From the NCBI GenBank assembly GCA_018814825.1, contig JAHIYJ010000090.1, positions 1,321 to 65,320 on the forward strand: a stretch of 64,000 bases of DNA, in the 5' to 3' direction. Source of the DNA: Candidatus Omnitrophota bacterium. Lineage in GTDB: Bacteria; Omnitrophota; Gorgyraeia; Gorgyraeales; Gorgyraeaceae. The notes under the pieces were generated by a model that was not told the DNA's origin, did not search any database, and saw nothing but the letters and a program-made list of their open reading frames with translations. Positions within the stretch are counted from its first letter, which is position 1, and each line of letters opens with the position of its first letter. Shown piece after piece: positions 56,156-64,000 of the stretch. Position numbers and translations under genes: made by a program.

Positions 56156-57457
56156 ATGGAACAGAGACTGGTTCAAAAGCAGGTGCAGAAACTAATCTTC
56201 GGGCAAAAGATGCAGGAGTCCATGCACATCCTGCAGATGCCTTTGATAGAGCTCAAGAATCTCATAGAAAACGAAATGGAGACCAATCCCCTCCTTGAAG
56301 AAAGCCAGCTTCCTCCTTCTTCTCCGGATAGACTAAGGCATAAAATAGATAAAAACGATGTCAGGAGAGAGCTGCGGTTGACAAAACCCCTTACCCTGCA
56401 GGATCATTTGTTGAGGCAGTTGGGATTACTGGCTGCTACAGAGGAAGAGAGCGATATAGGCGAAGAGATTATAGGCAATATCGATGATGACGGGTATTTA
56501 AAGGCCGGGCTTGACGAGATCGCCCAGCCCCTGGGAGTGAACATATTAAAGATAGAGGCCATGGTAGTGGTGATACAGAGTTTTGAACCGGCAGGCGTGT
56601 GCGCAAGAGACCTGAAGGAATGTTTATTGATACAGCTAGAGGCCAATGGCAAGGAAGGTTCTATTGCATGGAAGATCGTTGAAGCCCACCTGGATGAGTG
56701 CGGTAAAAAACAGTACGCTAAGATAGCAAAGGCATTGGGGGTATCTATGGACAAGGTGCAGGCCGCCGTGGCAGAGATTGCCAGGCTCGAGCCCAAACCA
56801 GGAAGAAAATACTCTGATAAGGCTGAAACGCAATATATCGTGCCTGATATATTTGTAAAGAAAGTGGATGACGAATACCAGATATTGAGCAACCAGTTTG
56901 ATATCCCGAGCGTAAGGGTAAGTTCATTATACAGGGATATATTGAACGATAAGAATTCTGATGAGAAAACGCAGGATTATATAAGGGAAAAATTGACTGC
57001 CGCCAATTTTATGATAAAGTGCATCCGCCAGCGCCAGGAAACCATGCGCAAGATCACTGAATTCCTGGTCAAGGAACAGGGCGAATGCCTGGAAAAGGGC
57101 CGCTCGTTTATGAAGCCCCTGAACTTCGAAACCATAGCAAAGGCCATTGGCAGGCACCAGTCCACTATCTCAAGGGCCATAGCCAATAAATATATAGATA
57201 CGCCTTCCGGGATTTATGAATTAAGGGAATTTTTCAACGGCAAGATAGCACATACGAGTTCGGAAGATGACCATTCATCCACCAGCGTAAAGCTGGAGCT
57301 CAAGAATATAATAGACAATGAAGACAAGCGAAAGCCCCTGAGCGACCAGAAGCTCCAGAAGATACTGACTGATAAGGAGATAAAAATATCCCGCAGAACC
57401 ATCGCCAAATACCGCGAAGAGCTAAAGATCCTCCCGTCTTACCTTAGAAAGAACTGA
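56156..57457 (+). CDS. rpoN: RNA polymerase sigma-54 factor
   Basis: Gln-rich region I, NPLLE, HQSTISRA, PLSDQ, RpoN box SRRTIAKYRE. Confidence 0.97.
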   Translation: MEQRLVQKQVQKLIFGQKMQESMHILQMPLIELKNLIENEMETNPLLEESQLPPSSPDRLRHKIDKNDVRRELRLTKPLTLQDHLLRQLGLLAATEEESDIGEEIIGNIDDDGYLKAGLDEIAQPLGVNILKIEAMVVVIQSFEPAGVCARDLKECLLIQLEANGKEGSIAWKIVEAHLDECGKKQYAKIAKALGVSMDKVQAAVAEIARLEPKPGRKYSDKAETQYIVPDIFVKKVDDEYQILSNQFDIPSVRVSSLYRDILNDKNSDEKTQDYIREKLTAANFMIKCIRQRQETMRKITEFLVKEQGECLEKGRSFMKPLNFETIAKAIGRHQSTISRAIANKYIDTPSGIYELREFFNGKIAHTSSEDDHSSTSVKLELKNIIDNEDKRKPLSDQKLQKILTDKEIKISRRTIAKYREELKILPSYLRKN

Positions 57458-57575
57458 TAGGACACCAAGTCACCTCTGTTATATTAGACACACAAGGCGG
57501 TCCTTTTCTTTAAAATTATTACACACAGAACATTTCGTAAAGTTATTGACTTATGTGTGATATATATGCTAATAT

Positions 57576-58481
57576 ATGGCGGTTATGGCAAGGAAAAAGC
57601 CAAGAAGGTACTCTATCTTTCTGCTCTTTAGGGGGCTTAGTTTTATCGTATATATCCTACCCATGCGGTTAGGGATTTTTATAGGTAAGGCACTTGGGGC
57701 TCTGGCCTTTTGTATTCTCAAAAAAGAGAGAAACCTGGCTTTCTTGAATCTTGAAAGTGCGTTTGGGAATACCAAGAGCAAAAAGGAGAAAAGGCTTATT
57801 GCCAGAAAGGTCTTTGAAAACCTGGGAAAGAATTTTGTCGAGGTCATATCTCTTTCAAAATTCAATAAGGATAATATAGACGCCTATGTTAAGTGCCGGG
57901 GCCGGGAAGTGATAGACAGTCTTGTCCGACAGGGCAAGGGTGGCATAGTGCTTACGGCTCATTTCGGCAACTGGGAACTCCTGGCGCATTATTTTGCCAT
58001 AAAAGGCTACAGGGTAAATGTAATAGCCAGGCATGTCCGCATGGAGTATTTTGAGAAAATCCTGGATGGTATAAGGAAAAAGCACGGCGTTAATGTCCTT
58101 TACAGGGACTCTTCCGCCAAGGATGTCATCAGGCTGCTTAAGAATAATGAGTTCGTGGGCATAATACCGGACCAGGACATGGATAGTGTTTCAGGTGTGT
58201 TCGTGGATTTTTTCGGCAAACAAACGTATACTCCCAGCGGACCGGCTATTCTGAATCTCTTGACGGGCGTTTCCATTATTCCGTGTTTTATCGTTCGGAA
58301 TACAACCGGACATGAGATAATAATGGAACGACCTCTTGAGCTAAACTCTACAGGGGATAAAGAGAGAGATATACTGGAAAGTACTCAGCTCTACACAAAG
58401 GTCATAGAGAGTTATATAAAAAAATCTCCCGAACAATGGGTATGGTTTCACGAAAGATGGAAAACTTCCCGGGAATCATGA
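57576..58481 (+). CDS. lpxL: Lipid A late acyltransferase (LpxL/HtrB family)
   Basis: HFGNWE, PDQD, FFG, PEQWVWFHERWK. Confidence 0.85.
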   Translation: MAVMARKKPRRYSIFLLFRGLSFIVYILPMRLGIFIGKALGALAFCILKKERNLAFLNLESAFGNTKSKKEKRLIARKVFENLGKNFVEVISLSKFNKDNIDAYVKCRGREVIDSLVRQGKGGIVLTAHFGNWELLAHYFAIKGYRVNVIARHVRMEYFEKILDGIRKKHGVNVLYRDSSAKDVIRLLKNNEFVGIIPDQDMDSVSGVFVDFFGKQTYTPSGPAILNLLTGVSIIPCFIVRNTTGHEIIMERPLELNSTGDKERDILESTQLYTKVIESYIKKSPEQWVWFHERWKTSRES

Positions 58482-59326
58482 TAAAAGTGAAGGTCTTGTT
58501 TTTGATATCGGCCGTGATTATATGCCCTGTATGCATGGCGCAGGAGGATAATAAGGCGGCTGATCAGGAGATCAACGGTTTTTCTCTTGTGCAATATAGT
58601 GACTCCGGTGACAAGAAGTGGGAACTGAACGGACGATCAGCGGAACTGGAAGAAAATAGCGTAAAGATAGATGATGTCTCCATCTTAGCGTCAGGAGATG
58701 AAACGTTTCTTAAATTAAAGGCGAGAGAGGGTAATTTTGACAGGGATGAGAGCCTAGCGCGTCTTAAGAAAGACGTTGTCCTGAAAACAACAGACGGCAT
58801 TACTATCAAAACAGACGCGCTCAACTGGGATGCTGAGGCAAAGAACGTTTTTACGGAAGAACCTGTAAACATAAAAAGGGCGGATTTCGAGGTCAATGGC
58901 AGGGGCGCCACCTGTGATCTGGAGAATAAGACAGCTGAGGTAAAAAAAGACGTGACGGCAAACATTAACGCCGCTATGCCAGCGTATATGGCTGCTGTAA
59001 GCGGTGATAGACAGAAAACAGTAATAACCTGTGACGGCCCGCTCGAGATAAATTACAGCAAAAACAAAGCCTCTTTTCTAAATAACGTTAAAGTCGAAGA
59101 TTCTCAGGGTAATATACTGGCGGACAGGATAGATGTTTATTTCGATGCTGGCTCAAGACGCGTAAAGTGCGTTGTGGCGAGAGGCGGCGTGGAGATTATT
59201 AACGGAGGAAATGTTACTTACAGTGAAAAGGCCATATATCTTGTTGATGAGGGCCGGGTGATTTTGCCAAAAAGGCCCAAATTAGTAATCCAAAGCGAAC
59301 CAAATCTCAAACCCGCATTGCAATAG
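58478..59326 (+). CDS. lptC: LptC fused to LptA/OstA-like domain
   Basis: Signal/TM, KKWEL.G..A, TDALNWD, second jellyroll domain; upstream of lptB. Confidence 0.78.
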   Translation: MIKVKVLFLISAVIICPVCMAQEDNKAADQEINGFSLVQYSDSGDKKWELNGRSAELEENSVKIDDVSILASGDETFLKLKAREGNFDRDESLARLKKDVVLKTTDGITIKTDALNWDAEAKNVFTEEPVNIKRADFEVNGRGATCDLENKTAEVKKDVTANINAAMPAYMAAVSGDRQKTVITCDGPLEINYSKNKASFLNNVKVEDSQGNILADRIDVYFDAGSRRVKCVVARGGVEIINGGNVTYSEKAIYLVDEGRVILPKRPKLVIQSEPNLKPALQ

Positions 59327-59345
59327 ATTTGCAATGCGGGTTTGA
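59307..59345. repeat. Palindrome family P2, copy 2
   Basis: TCAAACCCGCATTGCAA-TAGAT-TTGCAATGCGGGTTTGA. Confidence 0.92.
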
Positions 59346-59358
59346 TGAGGATAAAGAC

Positions 59359-60093
59359 ATGATAGACAATATTCATTTGTTGACTATAGAAAACCTCAGG
59401 AAGGCCTATGACGGCAAGACAGTCGTGGATGGCGTAAACATGAAGATCAAGAGAGGAGAGGTCGTGGGGCTGCTCGGGCCTAATGGCGCTGGGAAGACTA
59501 CCACGTTTTATATGGTGGTAGGTATGCTCAGGCCTGATGACGGAAGGATAATATTTGACGGTAATGATATAACCAAGCTGCCCATGCATATGCGTTCGCG
59601 AAACGGAATAGGCTATCTGTCTCAGGAACCTTCCGTATTCAGGAAGCTTACGGTCGAGGAAAATATAATGGCTATACTGGAGACCCTGGATCTACCGCGG
59701 TCTGTCAGGAAGAAAAGGCTGGAAGAGTTACTGAACGAATTAGACATAGCCCGACTTGCCGAGAAAAAGGCGTATATGCTTTCAGGAGGTGAGCGAAGGC
59801 GCCTGGAAATAACAAGGGCTCTCGTGACGAACCCTTTGTTTATACTGCTTGATGAGCCTTTCAGCGGCATAGACCCTATCGCGGTTTCTGACGCCCAGGA
59901 GATAATATCCGACCTGAAAAGAAAAGGCCTTGGCATTCTTCTTACCGACCACAACGTTAGAGAAACACTTGAAATAACGGACTATTCGTATATAATGGCA
60001 GAGGGAAGAATACTTATATCAGGCAATGCCGAGGAATTGACAAAAGATCCAAAGGCGCGCGAGATTTATCTGGGCGAGAAGTTTAGGATGTAA
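59359..60093 (+). CDS. lptB: LPS export ABC transporter ATPase
   Basis: GPNGAGKTTTF, LSGGERRRLEI, LLDEPF, TDHNVRETL, YLGEKF. Confidence 0.96.
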   Translation: MIDNIHLLTIENLRKAYDGKTVVDGVNMKIKRGEVVGLLGPNGAGKTTTFYMVVGMLRPDDGRIIFDGNDITKLPMHMRSRNGIGYLSQEPSVFRKLTVEENIMAILETLDLPRSVRKKRLEELLNELDIARLAEKKAYMLSGGERRRLEITRALVTNPLFILLDEPFSGIDPIAVSDAQEIISDLKRKGLGILLTDHNVRETLEITDYSYIMAEGRILISGNAEELTKDPKAREIYLGEKFRM

Positions 60094-60101
60094 GTGAGGC
60101 C

Positions 60102-60301
60102 ATAAGTTACGTCAATCTTTGATTGACGTAACTTATTCGGCCGAACTTATCCTTGACATTTTCTGGTGCTTGAAATTGTTTTATATGGTAAGCATACCAG
60201 AAGATGTCAAGGATGAACGCAGCGCAAGGCGCTGCAGCTACAACTTCACACTTTTTTGTGTGTCACGGATGTGTGAAGTAATTGCTTTGCTCGCAATGAC
60301 A
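60102..60301. repeat. Cluster of palindromes between lptB and tig
   Basis: Perfect 16-bp stem 60102-60136; 19-bp stem with one G-U pair 60149-60167/60196-60214; ATTGCTTTGCTCGCAATGAC at 60281-60300. Confidence 0.8.
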
Positions 60302-60312
60302 GGTGGTGTATA

Positions 60313-61365
60313 GTGAAATCCAGCATTAAAAAGCTAAAAAATTGCAAAAAGATAGTAGAAGTTAAACTTGCCCCCGATAAAGTTAAAGAGGAATTTGACA
60401 GGGTCTACGAGGGCATCAAAAAGGTCGCGAATGTGCCAGGTTTCAGGCCCGGGATGGCCCCGCGGGATCTACTGGAAAAACACTACAATGAGACCGCCAG
60501 GGAAGAGGTGATAAAAAAACTAGTGCCGGATACCTATAAGATGATCATCGAAGAACATAAGCTCGACCCCATAGGCTACCCTGAGATAACGGACTTGAAG
60601 CTTGATCTGGATGGGGGGTTCTCCTATACCGCCAGTATTGAAACCAGGCCGGAGCTTAGTCTTAAGAATTACAGAGGCATTAAACTAAAAAAGAAAAAAA
60701 GAGAGGCGAAGGAAGAGGATGTCCAGAAGAACCTCCAGGCCCTGAGAGAGACATATGCCCAGAAGGCGCCCAAAGAGGGAGGAGAGGAAAAGGAAAAGAT
60801 ATTGCCTAAACTGGATGATGACTTTGCGAAAGACCTGGGACTGGAAAATCTGGAGAAGCTGAAGGAAGCCGTAAAGTTAAATTTACAGCATAGGCTTGAG
60901 CAGGAAAGCCGGGCTGACCTGGAGATGCAGGTCATAAGTTACCTTACAGACGGCGTTAATTGCGAGGTACCGAATTCCCTGGTAAATTCAGAAAAAGATA
61001 GATTATTAAAGGACGCTAACAGCCGCATCGCGTACATACAGGCTACGCAGAAAAAACAAACTCCTGATAAAAAATTCGAACTCAGCGATAAAGAGAGAAA
61101 AGAGCTGGAGGAAAATTCCCGTAAACAGGCGATCCGTCAGGTAAAGACGTTTTTTATACTCGATAAAATAGCCCATGCCGAGAAGATATATATTAAAAGC
61201 GAAGAGCTTGACAGGGAGATAGAAAATATGGCGGAAGAGTATCAAAAGCCGAAAAAAGAGATAGAGGATTACCTTGAAAAAAATCACAAGATGGATGAGA
61301 TAGCGGTTAATATGCGTAACGCGAAGGTCATGGAGTTTTTATTAAAGGAGGCGAAAGTCTCCTAA
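60313..61365 (+). CDS. tig: Trigger factor, short form lacking most of the PPIase domain
   Basis: VPGFRPGMAP ribosome-binding signature, LDDDFAK; upstream of clpP; 350 aa. Confidence 0.9.
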   Translation: MKSSIKKLKNCKKIVEVKLAPDKVKEEFDRVYEGIKKVANVPGFRPGMAPRDLLEKHYNETAREEVIKKLVPDTYKMIIEEHKLDPIGYPEITDLKLDLDGGFSYTASIETRPELSLKNYRGIKLKKKKREAKEEDVQKNLQALRETYAQKAPKEGGEEKEKILPKLDDDFAKDLGLENLEKLKEAVKLNLQHRLEQESRADLEMQVISYLTDGVNCEVPNSLVNSEKDRLLKDANSRIAYIQATQKKQTPDKKFELSDKERKELEENSRKQAIRQVKTFFILDKIAHAEKIYIKSEELDREIENMAEEYQKPKKEIEDYLEKNHKMDEIAVNMRNAKVMEFLLKEAKVS

Positions 61366-61377
61366 AGAGGAGGAAAC

Positions 61378-61977
61378 ATGTCTATGCTAGTCCCCATAGT
61401 CGTTGAGCAGTCAGATCGAGGCGAACGCGCGTATGATATTTACTCAAGATTATTAAAAGACAGGATCATATTCATAGGATCCGCCATAGATGACGTTGTG
61501 GCGAATCTTGTCATTGCCCAGATGCTCTTCTTACAGACAGAGGATCCTGATAGGGACATCAATATATATATAAATACCCCGGGAGGCATGGTAACATCCG
61601 GGCTTGCCATATATGATACCATGCAGTTCGTTAAGCCGGATATCTGCACTTATTGTATGGGACAGGCCACCAGCATGGGCGCCGTACTCCTGGGCGCGGG
61701 CACCAAGGGTAAACGCCTTGCCCTCCCTAACTCCAGGGTAATGATACATCAGCCATGGGGCGGAGTGCAAGGCCAGGCAGCCGACATCAATATACAGGCA
61801 AAGGAGATCCTGAAGATGCGAGACAGGATTAATGATATACTCGCGAATCACACTGGACAGAATCTGGATAAGATACAAAAAGACACTGACAGGGATTATT
61901 TCATGTCAGCCGAAGAGGCAAAAGAGTATGGGATTATAGACGAGGTAATAGTAAGCACCAAGAAAAACAAAAAATAA
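61378..61977 (+). CDS. clpP: ClpP protease subunit
   Basis: [29 protein letters not shown]. Confidence 0.98.
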   Translation: MSMLVPIVVEQSDRGERAYDIYSRLLKDRIIFIGSAIDDVVANLVIAQMLFLQTEDPDRDINIYINTPGGMVTSGLAIYDTMQFVKPDICTYCMGQATSMGAVLLGAGTKGKRLALPNSRVMIHQPWGGVQGQAADINIQAKEILKMRDRINDILANHTGQNLDKIQKDTDRDYFMSAEEAKEYGIIDEVIVSTKKNKK

Positions 61978-61980
61978 CCG

Positions 61981-62023
61981 CTTAACTTGACGAAAGTTAC
62001 AATGTAACTTTCGTCAAGTTAAG
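61981..62023. repeat. Palindrome family P1, copy 2 (perfect 21-bp arms)
   Basis: CTTAACTTGACGAAAGTTACA-A-TGTAACTTTCGTCAAGTTAAG. Confidence 0.92.
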
Positions 62024-62037
62024 GTTTAAGGAGAGTT

Positions 62038-63174
62038 ATGAAAAACTATTTACTTACACCAGGGCCGACTCCTGTGCCTCCCGAAGCTCTGGAGTCGATG
62101 GCAAGGCCGATAATACACCACAGGACGCCGCAGTTTCAGGAGATCTTGAAGGAAGTGGAAGACAACCTGAAATATGTATTCCAGACCACAAACCCGGTTC
62201 TTATATTTTCTTCAAGCGGTACAGGCGCAATGGAAGGCGCGGTTACCAGCCTCCTTTCCCCTGGAGATAAGGCCATAGTGGTAAGGGGCGGAAAATTCGG
62301 AGAAAGATGGGGGGAGCTTTGCGCGGCTTACGGCATAGAATTTATCCCCGTGGATGTGGAATGGGGCAAATCGGTTAGTCCGCAGGAGATAAAGAAAATT
62401 CTTGAAGCTGAAGGCTCAAGGCTGAAGGCTGTATATGTAACGCTATGCGAGACTTCAACAGGCGTTACGACTGATATAGAGGCTCTCGCGAAGATCACAA
62501 AAAGTTCCGAGGCTGTCTTGGTGGTTGATGCAATAAGCGCTCTGGGAGCCGTTCCTTTAAAGACTGATGAATGGGGGATTGACGTCGTGGTGTCAGGTTC
62601 GCAGAAGGGGCTGATGATCCCACCCGGGCTCGCGTTTGTAAGCCTGAGTGAAAAGGCCTGGAAACTGGCCGAGGAGTCCACATTGCCAAAGTATTATTTC
62701 AATTTCAAGGCATATAAAAAATCTATCGAGAAAAACGATACGCCTTACACACCGGCCGTGAATCTTATCATGGCCTTAAGAGAGGTTTTAAAACTGATAA
62801 GAAAAGAAGGCATTGATAACCTGATAAACCGCCACAGAAAAAACAGTAAGGCGGTACGGGACGCCGTTAAGGCTCTTGGCCTTGAGCTATTCGCTCCTCA
62901 GGCGTATTCAGAGGCGGTTACCGCGGTCATGGTACCAGAAGGTGTTGACGGAGGCAAACTTGTAAAGACCATGCGTGATAAGTACGGTGTGGCGATCGCC
63001 GGCGGCCAGTCACAGCTAAAAGGGAAAATATTCAGGATAGCCACCATGGGTTACATAACAGAGGATGATTTGAAAAAGGGTTTTGAGGTCCTGGAGATAG
63101 TCCTTGCGGAGCTGGGATATAAATTCGAGAAGAGCGCAGGAGTTAAAGCGCTGGAAAGAGGATTAGCAAGTTAG
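62038..63174 (+). CDS. Class V PLP aminotransferase (alanine-glyoxylate/serine-pyruvate family; likely phosphoserine aminotransferase role next to serA)
   Basis: LLTPGPT, SSGTGAME, ETSTG, VDAIS, GSQKGL. Confidence 0.9.
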   Translation: MKNYLLTPGPTPVPPEALESMARPIIHHRTPQFQEILKEVEDNLKYVFQTTNPVLIFSSSGTGAMEGAVTSLLSPGDKAIVVRGGKFGERWGELCAAYGIEFIPVDVEWGKSVSPQEIKKILEAEGSRLKAVYVTLCETSTGVTTDIEALAKITKSSEAVLVVDAISALGAVPLKTDEWGIDVVVSGSQKGLMIPPGLAFVSLSEKAWKLAEESTLPKYYFNFKAYKKSIEKNDTPYTPAVNLIMALREVLKLIRKEGIDNLINRHRKNSKAVRDAVKALGLELFAPQAYSEAVTAVMVPEGVDGGKLVKTMRDKYGVAIAGGQSQLKGKIFRIATMGYITEDDLKKGFEVLEIVLAELGYKFEKSAGVKALERGLAS

Positions 63175-63185
63175 AATTAGTGAGC

Positions 63186-63249
63186 TTTCAGCCTTCAGCC
63201 ATCAGCCTTCAGCAGCTGACAGCTGAAAACTGGAAGCTGATGGCTAACA
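63186..63249. repeat. Inverted heptamer element, family H-D
   Basis: TTTCAGC CTTCAGC CATCAGC CTTCAGC-A-GCTGACA GCTGAAA ACTGGAA GCTGATG GCTAACA. Confidence 0.92.
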
Positions 63250-63262
63250 TTAGGAGAAGCAT

Positions 63263-64000
63263 ATGTACAAGATACTAATTAGCGATTCACTGGCAGAAGA
63301 AGGTATTGAGATACTGAAAAAAGTAAAGGAGTTTCAGGTGGATGTGAAGCTCAAACTTCCGCCCGATGAGCTTAAAAAAGTCATAACGGATTATGACTGC
63401 CTTCTGGTTAGGAGCGGGACAAAGGTGACAAAAGAGATTATTGAGGCTGCTGATAAATTAAAGGTTATAGGCCGCGCTGGGGTCGGGCTTGACAATGTCG
63501 ACCTTGAGACTGCTTCAAAGCGGGGCATTATAGTAATGAATACACCTGGCGGAAATACTATCTCCACCGCGGAGCATACCATGTCCTTGATTCTGGCCCT
63601 TTCAAGGAATATACCCGCGGCAGACGCGTCCACAAAAAAAGGCGGATGGGAGAGGAAGAAATTCATGGGAGTGGAGTTATACGGCAAGATACTCGGTATC
63701 ATAGGCCTTGGCAGGATCGGGAGCGAGGTCGCGAAGCGCGCCGGAGCGTTTGGTATGAAAATAATAGCCTATGACCCGTTTCTCGCGCTCGAGAAGGCAA
63801 AAGAATTGGGGATAGAGTCCGTTGAGTTGAATGATATATTCAAGAGGTCGGACTACATAACCACACACACGCCAATGACAGAGGAAACAAGGCATATTAT
63901 CGACAAAAAGGCGATAAAGGCCATGAAAAAAGGTGTTCGCATAGTAAATTGCGCTAGAGGCGGCATTGTTGACGAAACCGCTCTTATAGAAGGAATAAAA
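63263..64000 (+). CDS. serA: D-3-phosphoglycerate dehydrogenase, runs off window end
   Basis: Own translation: MYKILISDSL, VRSGTKV, GRAGVGLDNVD, NTPGGNT, GLGRIG, NCARGG; AGGAG RBS. Confidence 0.95.
   Translation, partial: MYKILISDSLAEEGIEILKKVKEFQVDVKLKLPPDELKKVITDYDCLLVRSGTKVTKEIIEAADKLKVIGRAGVGLDNVDLETASKRGIIVMNTPGGNTISTAEHTMSLILALSRNIPAADASTKKGGWERKKFMGVELYGKILGIIGLGRIGSEVAKRAGAFGMKIIAYDPFLALEKAKELGIESVELNDIFKRSDYITTHTPMTEETRHIIDKKAIKAMKKGVRIVNCARGGIVDETALIEGIK

Noticed and set aside
60094-60312. tRNA upstream of tig, and the 64-aa ORF 60119-60313
   Set aside because: No cloverleaf or T-loop motif visible; the ORF is made of palindromic sequence with a TTG start and no RBS
61378-62037. 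Absence of clpX after tig-clpP
   Set aside because: Gene-order variation only; clpX may be elsewhere and cannot be assessed from this window
809-63895. All minus-strand ORFs in the track
   Set aside because: They are shadows of well-supported plus-strand genes or read through repeats, with no recognisable motifs

Overview
Bacterial chromosome segment from a Gram-negative (LPS-making) organism; gene content and style suggest Ca. Omnitrophota/PVC, but that is inference only. All credible genes are on the + strand. A housekeeping LPS/Kdo/Lpt backbone (three GT9 heptosyltransferases, hldA/rfaE1, kdsB-pyrG-kdsA-kdsD-kdsC ... lpxL-like, lptC/A, lptB, tig, clpP, aminotransferase, serA) is interrupted between kdsC (~10.6 kb) and the lpxL-like gene (~57.5 kb) by a ~47 kb block. 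That block holds two type IV filament gene sets (one T4P/T2SS-like, one MSHA-like with a secretin), a PilSR-like/sigma54-driven major pilin followed by a putative pilin-modification cassette (GT-C, TPR, GT2, two B12 radical SAM enzymes, a methyltransferase), several degenerate signalling proteins, and rpoN. The most unusual signal is a set of inverted 7-bp tandem-repeat elements sitting exactly at gene junctions. One encloses a four-helix-bundle (IVP/Avd-like) gene. Two related gene-less copies supply the start codon of the next minor pilin, and their right arms (like that of the gene-carrying copy) are translated inside the cleavable prepilin leader peptides. Other heptamer families and two duplicated long palindromes mark the backbone on both sides of the pilus block. 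No rRNA, tRNA, CRISPR array, transposase or reverse transcriptase was recognised.
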